Below are positions 29,301-36,906 of a stretch of DNA of 64,000 bases, piece by piece. A program made the translations under genes and the position numbers. The stretch's first letter is position 1. Each line of letters starts with the position of its first letter. The notes below the pieces were generated by a model that was given only the letters and a program-made list of their open reading frames with translations, did no database searches and had not been told where the DNA came from. The stretch is from an uncultured bacterium (GTDB taxonomy: Bacteria; Muiribacteriota; Ozemobacteria; Ozemobacterales; Ozemobacteraceae). The DNA is taken from NCBI GenBank assembly GCA_964596185.1, contig CAZQUE010000014.1:5576-69575 (forward strand), read 5' to 3'.

Positions 29301-31157
29301 AACGCCGATAACGCCATCCGTTTGAATGCTTATCTTGAGTATCAGGTTCCTGACGTGAACGGCGACCCGAAAATGGTTAAATTGCAACTTCTCGCATCTG
29401 GTTCAAATGCTCTCCCGCTAAGCTTCCCAATTAATGCTTCTACTTCAATGGATCTTCCGCCTACAGATCCATTCATCGCGACTCTCACCATCGAAATGAG
29501 TCGCTGGATATCTTACGATATGTGGGTTAAAAATAAAAATGGCGTGGATATGTTCCCGGTGCGAAATCTTCCTAAAGAATTTAAGGTTTCTGGTAAGACC
29601 AACGTTTTGATCGTCGATCGCCAGGCACCCAAGATTCTTTACGATTTCACCAATCCGGTCAATCTGTTTGCCGATGCCGGATTCCCATTGGCACAGGGTG
29701 TTGGCCCCAATGGCGGCAATCCTGCTTCGATAACCTTCAGACTATCCGACAATAACCCCTGGGAAGCGGTTGACTCCGTTTGCGGTATTACCAACAACAG
29801 TTTGTGGGCTCAGAACTTTACGCACAACAATACTGCGCCGACAAAGGCACCAACCGCAACGTTCAACTACAAGCCGGTTTTCGCCAAAGCTTTGAAGCGC
29901 AGGGTTTCTCTGTCATTTGACCGTGCCTGTCGTCTGGATTCCGGCAAAGTAATGTTCTTCCCGCCTGATCAGTCTGCTTTGCTCAGTCCGGGCCAGTATA
30001 GAGACTTTGCCGACAGTTTCGGCGAACTCTATGTTCACAAATACGTTCTTTCCGGCACCAGTGCCGTGCCATCTGAAAACCGCTTGCAGAAAGACTTCCA
30101 GTCAACGAAGGAAACGGTTGGCTTGAGCACCAAGTATTTTGCAACCATCGGTTTCAGGATGCCTCTGAGTTTCATCATGCCAAATTCGTATGCTTCAACC
30201 GACGCAGCGAGAAGGCGATTGCCCAAGGGATACGCCAACAATACCCCAGGTTATGACGATGGCGGCAAGATCAGGCCCTACAAGTTCTATCTGTCGGCCA
30301 CCGACTCTTCAGGTAATGCCTTGTCAAACAAAATGTTGAATATTGCATTGCATCCCCGCGACGTTCATAAACCTGAACCACATGGTTTCTTTACTGAATT
30401 CAAGGGCAACACAACTACCTACTTCCCGATCTGGGCAGTGGCCACAGACAGTCTCGACCCGGACAATTCAACCAGAGAAATTTCAGGAACGACCTTGAGC
30501 GAAACTTTCTTTGACAGCAACGACTGGCTTCCTGGTGCGGACGGTAAAATCAACAGCAAAGATGCAACTAATCACGTGGCATTCTCTTACAAATCATTGC
30601 CGAAGCTGTCTGATGACATTGTTACCGATTATAATAGTTCCCATGCCGATTATGCTGCTCTCGTCGCAACTAAATTGCCGCCAATGGCTATCGAAGATAA
30701 CGTTGAATTTTCGATTGGATGCGGCGTCAGCGACAATGCCGGCCTGGCAACGGCTACTCTGACCTTTAAATACTTCGACAACAAGGAGAACGAGGTCAGC
30801 AGATCGGTTGTTTCTCGCTACACCAGTGCAATGGAAGTCGCACCGGCAAATACCTCTACAATCAAGATTGCCTCAACCACTTTCGAGGTTCGAGGTTTGT
30901 TCCGCGGCAAAGCAGAACAGTTCCCGATGTCGATTCCGGTTACCATTATTGCCCGCGATAACGCCCGCGATTGGGATTACTACACTGGAAAAGGCGGAAC
31001 CCTGGTTGATGTCAACAATCCCTGGAGCGACTGGAAGTGGGGCTCTTTCCACAAAGGTGGCGATAAAAACAACGTCAGGAATTTTGAAACAAGTATTCCG
31101 GTATTTGGCAGCAGTCTTATCATTCGAACTATCGATAAGGGTGTGCGCAACAAATAG
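26328..31157 (+). CDS. 1609-aa secreted beta-rich protein, putative pilus-tip adhesin (PilY1 position)
   Basis: Strong SD AAGGAGG; signal peptide ending AFA-A; rich in P/G/S/T/Y/W/D; propeller-blade-like and Ig-like motifs; last gene before a terminator. Confidence 0.75.
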   Translation: MRSVRLKRFILLLLLGFVCVSAFAALKPEYRRNGECYLLIGEGPVSMRGIYRLNNPEANKYFDPPKYLFKPDSSIGFSVDLDRKIYTFSEKVVPGYVLLGEPLKRQVLDSGSTDLADYGYHQYVHYDHRSWGKNTDIYRTGPVGRGIRRSGGSTWPYFKSAGPGKAIAAPSGNPLPDVPSIPLGIYSGKSWYEIPNGAWFSSWRTKPCQSSRPGPAGYFYVVYGDKVEGQPHNWTLYTYTPDNVAADAPNYTSAAGQVVAVSYDKKISRQIFAGCIDGCGGASGSGGGVADPMITDLAFMPPIKSQPSRTYFYSRPVGDINYTVTKNKNIYAPPNPTGNPIIGTPASQDTYWIGVSMRDVSSDYVYCIGTNDIKNWYKQATTSTAPSMSISAVAVSNQWNQKGGIIFAYDKPAKMVYKFIRYENDPNEPPISKTRYEGIDVSDLVNLIQAEANSEIDDIKADGFGSLFFAMTYPSKNVATYDPRSNFKLNDTIRLYYDPNQDPAETEWSGWLIYRQQYGKAVFERSIYSSTPQEIGRKVFAERYYNLNIRMAPEGLAQLAISGPFPNGNVEPILASWSAKIGNGDAVLTASDFSYGSLGLYYEYNYGDPGRAKLAVINVPTPPEVISLAGKKSFLDICGPYTDIPISTDINSTMQNQNLIKPAPSILDGDQIYYFMVENYPLTTGAWNPNDQPDWDGDSRQGGFITSISDTNSSTNGGSVAYRWRTWMVEDMFQRPVFPPEPYPATPSPRDGSDTGQENFTFFYTPVGGKYIITCQVIYDWYDYDLLNFGDTIDDLPAIFRPNVKAVPAAAGASVLQSASSQLSSIMTTNPFKFMQASATQYIDYITEKVESGIDDPYYACYPIVAAGIATPPTYTYQFIANIDRCDGWFPNDKDDASHWVFHDKNWPEADHGLEAGKQYFWRTCLASQSAFFADISKTTGAGVPYRNFIVDMMQNPHKDSKGRNNPLFVNDRDNIKFDNKGDDLRWLEKDNADNAIRLNAYLEYQVPDVNGDPKMVKLQLLASGSNALPLSFPINASTSMDLPPTDPFIATLTIEMSRWISYDMWVKNKNGVDMFPVRNLPKEFKVSGKTNVLIVDRQAPKILYDFTNPVNLFADAGFPLAQGVGPNGGNPASITFRLSDNNPWEAVDSVCGITNNSLWAQNFTHNNTAPTKAPTATFNYKPVFAKALKRRVSLSFDRACRLDSGKVMFFPPDQSALLSPGQYRDFADSFGELYVHKYVLSGTSAVPSENRLQKDFQSTKETVGLSTKYFATIGFRMPLSFIMPNSYASTDAARRRLPKGYANNTPGYDDGGKIRPYKFYLSATDSSGNALSNKMLNIALHPRDVHKPEPHGFFTEFKGNTTTYFPIWAVATDSLDPDNSTREISGTTLSETFFDSNDWLPGADGKINSKDATNHVAFSYKSLPKLSDDIVTDYNSSHADYAALVATKLPPMAIEDNVEFSIGCGVSDNAGLATATLTFKYFDNKENEVSRSVVSRYTSAMEVAPANTSTIKIASTTFEVRGLFRGKAEQFPMSIPVTIIARDNARDWDYYTGKGGTLVDVNNPWSDWKWGSFHKGGDKNNVRNFETSIPVFGSSLIIRTIDKGVRNK

Positions 31158-31177
31158 CTGAAACTGCACAAAAACAT

Positions 31178-31210
31178 GGGGCTGTCTCGAATGAGGCAGC
31201 CCCTTTTTTT
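31178..31210 (+). terminator. Rho-independent terminator
   Basis: GGGGCTGTCTC-GAAT-GAGGCAGCCCC then T7. Confidence 0.85.
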
Positions 31211-31230
31211 AATGCTTCTTTATATTGGTT

Positions 31231-32280
31231 TTATTTTGTCTTTGCGTCCTGCAAGTAGGCCAGCAACAATTTGCAGGTTGCTTCAAGACCTTTTAAATGT
31301 GTGCGTTCGTTCCCATGTGACGCGGAGACGCCGGGCCCAATCAAGCCTACTTTGGCATCGAGTCCGGCGCGAAGGGCTGCTGATCCGTCAGATCCGTAGA
31401 AGGGAAAAACATCGAGCTTGTAATTGACCTTATATTTTTCAGCAAGTTTGACCAGGCGCTTGCGCAAGTTCAGATCGTAAGGGCCGGTAGAATCTTTTAC
31501 GCATACAGAAACCGAAAATTCATCGCCGGCCACTCCGTCTCCTACCACTCCCATATCGACAACCAGCAATTCTTCGATTGAAGCAGGCAAGCCGGCACAG
31601 GCACCATGTCCAACTTCTTCATAATTTGAAAAGAAAAAAACGACTGGTAAATTATTCAGAACTTTAGCGCCAAGCTTTAGAAAAGCTTCGATCATGCAGG
31701 CGCAGCCTGCCTTGTCATCAAGAAAATGGCTTTTGACAAAGCCGGTATCGGTATATTCAAAGCCGGAATCAAAAGCGATAAAATCACCAATGGCAATGCC
31801 GAGCTTCTGGGTTTGTTGCTGATTGGTAACTTCCGCATCGAGGCGAATATGCATCGTATTTTCATTTCTTGGGCTTTCTTCGGCTTTTCTGTTCACGTGC
31901 ACTGCGGGATTGTCCAAGATCAAACTGCCGGAAAAAATCTGACCGTTTTCGGCAAAAACCCTGACCGTATGCCCTTCAAAAGCCTGCAAAAGAGGCCCAC
32001 CTATCCTGGTGAAGCCGAGAGTGCCGTTACTTTTGATTTCTTTAACCATCAGGCCTAGAGTATCGACATGGCCGGCAACTGCAATTTTGGGATCAGGGTG
32101 ATTGCCGACGAGCAGAGCTCCTTTATTGGTAAAGCGTGTTTTTATGCCGGATTTTGCGGCAAGTTTTTCAATGTGCCGCAAGGCAGCTTCGGTCATTCCC
32201 GAAGGCGAATAAATCAGGGAAAGGTCGCGTAAAATAGATATCACTTGAGGAGTTTGCGTCTTTTTAGTCGATTTGGGCAT
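31231..32280 (-). CDS. M42-family metallo-aminopeptidase
   Basis: GHVDTLG, LDDKAG, YEEVG, VDMG, SHGNER metal-ligand motifs. Confidence 0.9.
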   Translation of the reverse strand: MPKSTKKTQTPQVISILRDLSLIYSPSGMTEAALRHIEKLAAKSGIKTRFTNKGALLVGNHPDPKIAVAGHVDTLGLMVKEIKSNGTLGFTRIGGPLLQAFEGHTVRVFAENGQIFSGSLILDNPAVHVNRKAEESPRNENTMHIRLDAEVTNQQQTQKLGIAIGDFIAFDSGFEYTDTGFVKSHFLDDKAGCACMIEAFLKLGAKVLNNLPVVFFFSNYEEVGHGACAGLPASIEELLVVDMGVVGDGVAGDEFSVSVCVKDSTGPYDLNLRKRLVKLAEKYKVNYKLDVFPFYGSDGSAALRAGLDAKVGLIGPGVSASHGNERTHLKGLEATCKLLLAYLQDAKTK

Positions 32281-32424
32281 GGGTTATTCCTTTCTATTGA
32301 ACAGATGCAAAAATACCAGATCAGCAAGCTTAAATCAATGTCATCAACAGGCAAAACCTGCAGTGCTTGCAGAGCTTTGTTTTCTGGGATAACATGTTTT
32401 TATGCAAAGCAGCGGAGGAATCAC

Positions 32425-33720
32425 ATGTTAAAATTTCCGAAGTTTTTTTTGGCCATGCTTCTCATGGTCGGCAACATTTTGGGTGCGCAGCAGACACAAC
32501 AGGTGCAACAGGGTTTGCAGGTGTCTCCTCCCGGTGATACAGAATTGATTACCCCGGTAAATTTGCAGCCTCTCGATCTTGAAGAATTGGCGAGGCGAAA
32601 GGGTATCAACAACCAGAGTCCGGCAAGAAACATCGTCATTCTTTCCGGTTTCGGTTTTATTGAAGACGCGGCGGCCATTTTCCGATCTACAGGAATCAGG
32701 AAACTCCAGATTGACGAGATGGAAAATTTTGCCCTGGTTTTACCCAGATTTGTAAGTGAAAGTGAACATGCCCAGGTTGTCAGGCTTGCTGATCTCCTGG
32801 TCGGCGATGGTCGGGCAGTTGGCCTGGTTTCGGATAGTAACTTCAAATGTGCTTCCGCTTGCGAGTTCATGAAGATTCAAACGGAAAAATTGTTTGAAAA
32901 TGCCCGTATGGCGTTGACGCTTGGTAGCTTTTCCACTGAAGAAGATCGAGATGAAACGGTTAGAAAGTTTTGTCGTCGTAACATTGAGTATGCGAGAAAT
33001 CGCAAAGATTTAAACCGTCTTTTTTCAGCGAAAGCAGAAAAGATCGTCGGTGCTTTTGATCGAAATATTAATCTGGTCAAGGAAGATCAGACTCAGCCAT
33101 TTTTCGATGAACTGGTAACGGCTTGTCTTAGCCGTCTTCCGGTTGCAGGAGATGGTTTTGTTTTGTTAATCGGAGCAGGAGCTGCCGAGCAGGCGGCGGC
33201 TGAAGGTCGCTATTTTGATATGCTCGAGCACCTGCGAGTTCAGGAAAAGGTTTTGCATCAGATCAATTATTTTGTATCAGGTCGCAAAGATACTTTGGTG
33301 CTGTTGATTCAGGACTCAGGAAAAATGCGCTGGAAATATGGGAAAGATTTCAAGCTTTCAAGTTTCATCGCAGACTTGTCTTTGCTGGAAAGTGCAATGA
33401 AGGCTGAAGATATAAGCAAATATTTGTTTGAAAGTCCCCGGAATTACAGCCAGTTGCTGAAAAATGTCGACGCAGGACGGATCAATGAATTAATCGCGGC
33501 AAAGGATAAATTGGCTCTTTATAAATATTTACAGGACAGCTTGAAGCTCAGTTATGATTTTCGTGCCGAGGTTGCCGGCAGTGAAACCAGATTGCCAGGA
33601 TTTGCGGTGTTTTCGCGTGGTCTTGGAACTCAACTTTTTAGAGGAATGATCACTTTTGAAGATTTTGTCAATTATCTGTCATTGATTTCAGGTGTGAGCA
33701 GCAAATCAGATCAGGAGTAG
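32425..33720 (+). CDS. Exported alkaline-phosphatase-fold protein with degenerate active site
   Basis: GGAGG SD before ATG 32425; ARNIVILSGFG, GRAVGLVSD, GFVLLIGAG, DTLVLLIQD, VFSRGLGTQLFRG follow the order of PhoA-family motifs, but the ligands are substituted. Confidence 0.55.
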   Translation: MLKFPKFFLAMLLMVGNILGAQQTQQVQQGLQVSPPGDTELITPVNLQPLDLEELARRKGINNQSPARNIVILSGFGFIEDAAAIFRSTGIRKLQIDEMENFALVLPRFVSESEHAQVVRLADLLVGDGRAVGLVSDSNFKCASACEFMKIQTEKLFENARMALTLGSFSTEEDRDETVRKFCRRNIEYARNRKDLNRLFSAKAEKIVGAFDRNINLVKEDQTQPFFDELVTACLSRLPVAGDGFVLLIGAGAAEQAAAEGRYFDMLEHLRVQEKVLHQINYFVSGRKDTLVLLIQDSGKMRWKYGKDFKLSSFIADLSLLESAMKAEDISKYLFESPRNYSQLLKNVDAGRINELIAAKDKLALYKYLQDSLKLSYDFRAEVAGSETRLPGFAVFSRGLGTQLFRGMITFEDFVNYLSLISGVSSKSDQE

Positions 33721-33724
33721 GGTT

Positions 33725-35614
33725 ATGCCAATGTTTGTTTTACTTGAAAACTCCGCGTTTGAAGAAGGGGCCAGGGCGGTAGAGGTAACCAAGGTTCCCG
33801 AGATGCTGAAAAAGTTCCCCGAGGGACTTTTGCGCTCAACTTATCTGCTTGAAACTGACCAGGTTGAGGCTTTTGCTTCTGGTCGCAAAGAAAAACTGTA
33901 CGGCCCCTTTTGCCTGAATTTTTCAGTTAGAAGGGCTCGCGATTTACTCAGTGAGGGCTGCAATTATCAGGGAATCAGCATCGAGATTGAGAATAACGGG
34001 AGAAAATTGCCGCAGTTGCCGGCAGCTTCCGAATTAGAAAGAATCTTGACCAGTGAAACCTGTTTGATTTATGTGAACGGGTCGCCTTTCAAGCCTTCAA
34101 CTGAAGTTTTTACCTTTCAACAGGTTTATGATGATTCAGTCAGATGCATCGATGTTTTGAAGAAAATGGGTATCCCCCAGGAAACCATTGCTATTTACGC
34201 GACACCTGAAGACATCAGCATCGAAGTGCATCCGGGGGTTCTTGGGCTTGAAGGCCGCGAAAATCTCGATGCCCTTTATTACCGAGTTCTTTGCCAATTA
34301 GCCGAGATACGTGAGATTGATGGAAAGGTTACCAAAACTGAAATCAAGACAATCGTTTTAGACAGTTGTCGGCCAGAATCGCGAATTCTCGTGCCAGGAA
34401 GCACTCACCAAACTTTGCATCGAACCAAAGTCAGTGTTGGCCCATCTCATTTCGCCTACGGCGTTGCCGCGTTTTCCGACTTTTGTGCCAAGAAGCGTAG
34501 TGTTCAGGAATGCATCCAGGAGAGCCTTAACTGGCTTAAGTTCTTGCAGACACAACTGCCGCCAATTGCCGGGTTTGCCGATAAAATTCAGGCACTTCCG
34601 GATCTTCCGATTCCTGGGCTCGGCAGTAACTCGGGAGCAAAGCTCAGCAAGGCTTCCAGCGGCAGGTTCCAGCCTTTGGCTCAGGAATTGGTCGGAGCCG
34701 GTGAATGTTATCAGGAATTGATGCCGGCATTTGCGACTCCATTTGCAACACTCGATAAGTCTCTTGGCGGTGGTTGGCTCAAGGGTGGACTGCATCTGTT
34801 GGTTGGGCCAAGAGGTGGTGGCAAGGGTGCATTGCTGATTCAGCAGGCCTTGAAGGCGCAGAAGGACAGCTCAGTGCTTTTTGTTTCATTCGAACAGGAT
34901 GTGCGTGAATTTTCAATCAGATCAGCTTTTTCTGGGGGCAATACAAGTCTGATCGAACTTTGCGGACAGTTAGCCAACCCAGATGGAACTGGACTGGAAG
35001 CTCGAAAATTGCTTGCAGCTGGGGTTGAAAAATTTAGGGGCAGTCTCTCGGAAAACCTTTTTTTCAGCGGTATTGGCAATTCGCATAGCACCTTTGATGT
35101 TGATGAAATACTTGAGTTAACGAGAATGTTGCCAGATTCTGGACCCCGTCTGGTCATTCTGGAATCGCTGGATGAACAGTTGCTGGAAGAAAATTTTGCC
35201 GAGAAGTTGCAGGCTTTGCGAAGGTTGGCGATTTCGGAGCGGGCAACCTTTTTGCTTTCTATTCACGAGGAGTTTGAATGTGGCAAAAGGCCACATTTTA
35301 TAGAGGGAACCGACCAGGCTCTGCTGGCAAAATACCAGCGGCATTGTGATTCGCTGATAGTTTGTATGAGCGAGAAGTTGAATTTGCGCCGATTTGTGGC
35401 CATGGTCAAAGGTCAGATCGATGCCCAGCTGATTGGCAAGCTTGAGCAAAAGGCTTTGCAGTTAGCCGGGGGGCGTAGATGCAAAAATGATTCTTATACA
35501 AATCTTCGTTTGATTCATTCGCGTCTAGGAAGAAAAGAGCTCATACTCTGTCTTTATCAGCCTGATTATGTAAGGTTTTTTGAAATAGCCAGTTTGCCGA
35601 TTTCGAGGCCCTGA
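33725..35614 (+). CDS. Fusion of an AEP-primase-like N-terminus and a RecA/DnaB-like P-loop domain, both degenerate
   Basis: LYGPFCLNFS, IAIYATPEDISIEV, RILVPGSTHQTLHRTK; TPFATLDKSLGGGWLKGGLHLLVGPRGGGKG, VLFVSFEQ, LVILESLD. Confidence 0.55.
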   Translation: MPMFVLLENSAFEEGARAVEVTKVPEMLKKFPEGLLRSTYLLETDQVEAFASGRKEKLYGPFCLNFSVRRARDLLSEGCNYQGISIEIENNGRKLPQLPAASELERILTSETCLIYVNGSPFKPSTEVFTFQQVYDDSVRCIDVLKKMGIPQETIAIYATPEDISIEVHPGVLGLEGRENLDALYYRVLCQLAEIREIDGKVTKTEIKTIVLDSCRPESRILVPGSTHQTLHRTKVSVGPSHFAYGVAAFSDFCAKKRSVQECIQESLNWLKFLQTQLPPIAGFADKIQALPDLPIPGLGSNSGAKLSKASSGRFQPLAQELVGAGECYQELMPAFATPFATLDKSLGGGWLKGGLHLLVGPRGGGKGALLIQQALKAQKDSSVLFVSFEQDVREFSIRSAFSGGNTSLIELCGQLANPDGTGLEARKLLAAGVEKFRGSLSENLFFSGIGNSHSTFDVDEILELTRMLPDSGPRLVILESLDEQLLEENFAEKLQALRRLAISERATFLLSIHEEFECGKRPHFIEGTDQALLAKYQRHCDSLIVCMSEKLNLRRFVAMVKGQIDAQLIGKLEQKALQLAGGRRCKNDSYTNLRLIHSRLGRKELILCLYQPDYVRFFEIASLPISRP

Positions 35615-35616
35615 TT

Positions 35617-35904
35617 ATGGATAGGTATCTGTTGCATCGATTCAAGGTGCATGGAAGAGTGCAGGGTGTCGGATTTCGTCGTTTTGTGTTGAAGCTTGGG
35701 CAGCAACAGAATATTGGCGGTTGGGTCAGAAACAATGTCGACGGAACGGTATCGGTCGAGGCTTGCGGCAAAGAAGATGAAGTAAAAAACTTTGTCGAGA
35801 TGGTCAGGCGTGGCTCGTTTTTTTCCCGGGTCGACGAAATCGAAGATCTTTTAAGGGAAAACGTTGATCAGGAATTAGAGCGAGTATTTGAAATCAGATT
35901 TTGA
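35617..35904 (+). CDS. acyP: Acylphosphatase
   Basis: VHGRVQGVGFR and GWVRNNVDGTV signatures. Confidence 0.95.
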   Translation: MDRYLLHRFKVHGRVQGVGFRRFVLKLGQQQNIGGWVRNNVDGTVSVEACGKEDEVKNFVEMVRRGSFFSRVDEIEDLLRENVDQELERVFEIRF

Positions 35905-35905
35905 T

Positions 35906-36169
35906 TCAGTTCAAAAAAGTTCGCTTGGCTATTTTTTTGAGTGATTTTTCAATTTCACTTTTTACTCGATAATCCGGATCGTCCTTGTGCAGAAGTAAAA
36001 GTCTTTCGGCTTCTGCGGTTGCCACGTCTGCAAGTTTCCTGGCAGCCTTTATTCGCGTTTCAACATCTTCTGATTTAAGCTGTTTGGCGCACTCAGCTTC
36101 AACAGCTTTGCCAAAACACCCGGTCAAAAGCAGGCAAAGGACCATGAATAAAACAACAAACTTTTTCAT
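35906..36169 (-). CDS. Small HEAT-repeat lipoprotein
   Basis: Lipobox LLTG-C; VETRIKAARKL and DPDYRVKSEI HEAT-like motifs. Confidence 0.7.
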   Translation of the reverse strand: MKKFVVLFMVLCLLLTGCFGKAVEAECAKQLKSEDVETRIKAARKLADVATAEAERLLLLHKDDPDYRVKSEIEKSLKKIAKRTFLN

Positions 36170-36183
36170 CGGTATCCTCCCGG

Positions 36184-36891
36184 TTAAATACTGTCCATAA
36201 TGGCGGTTTCAATCGACTGCGCATCAGCCTCTTTTTGCAGAAGTCGTGAAAACTCGTCGAGAATTTTCTGAAGTTGGTCGTGGTCGGTAAGGTTGGCGGA
36301 AGTATAAATAAAAACGATTACGTTTCTGGTTTCGGCAAACACTTTTGTTGCCTGCGAGTCTTTTACCGGACTTCCGATGGCGGAACGGTCTTCGCCATGC
36401 CTTGCTACGACGAGCAATTTTTTCAGTGACAGAACTTGCCCTTCGCGGTTGAAAACATATTCTTCGTTTTCGAGTCCTACTCTCAGGCAGAGGCTATTTC
36501 CTGCCTTGTCCAAGTCAAGGACACTTATCGGCAGATGATATTTTAAAGAAAGGTGGTTATTGATGTCGACCACGTTGTTGATAGAGTTGAATTCGCGGCG
36601 ATTCTGGAGGTCTTTAAAGAGAAATTCCGATGCCGGGCGGTTTCTTCCTGAAGGATGAAAACCAAAATTTTTCAACAACCCGCGAATTCCTTTTTGAAGG
36701 TGATCAGGATAGACAAAGGTTTCCTCGAGCAAAGGAGCAACTTCTTTGGCAATCTGTTGCAGATAGTTTTCTGAACTGGGTTTGACTTTTATATTGAAGG
36801 CTTCGACAATTCCCAGACGTAAATGACTGGGAGGCAGCGATAGTGTGACTTTTGCCGTCATAGATTCACCTGAAGAATAAGAGTTACTCAT
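36184..36891 (-). CDS. Stand-alone B3/B4 (PheT-like tRNA-editing) domain protein; start may be 36861
   Basis: PSGRNRPASEFL, INNVVDINN, LPISVLDLD, GSPVKDS. Confidence 0.8.
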   Translation of the reverse strand: MSNSYSSGESMTAKVTLSLPPSHLRLGIVEAFNIKVKPSSENYLQQIAKEVAPLLEETFVYPDHLQKGIRGLLKNFGFHPSGRNRPASEFLFKDLQNRREFNSINNVVDINNHLSLKYHLPISVLDLDKAGNSLCLRVGLENEEYVFNREGQVLSLKKLLVVARHGEDRSAIGSPVKDSQATKVFAETRNVIVFIYTSANLTDHDQLQKILDEFSRLLQKEADAQSIETAIMDSI

Positions 36892-36906
36892 AAGAATAAC
36901 ATATCT

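Noticed and set aside
32348-32372. Possible sigma54 site AGGCAAAACCTGCAG upstream of the phosphatase-like gene
   Set aside because: GG-GC spacing is 8 rather than the obligatory 10.
32245-32424. 5' extension of the 491-aa ORF
   Set aside because: It overlaps the divergent M42 gene; the GGAGG SD and signal peptide point to ATG 32425. Similar over-extensions were trimmed at 8045, 18542, 24193, 51023 and 53346.
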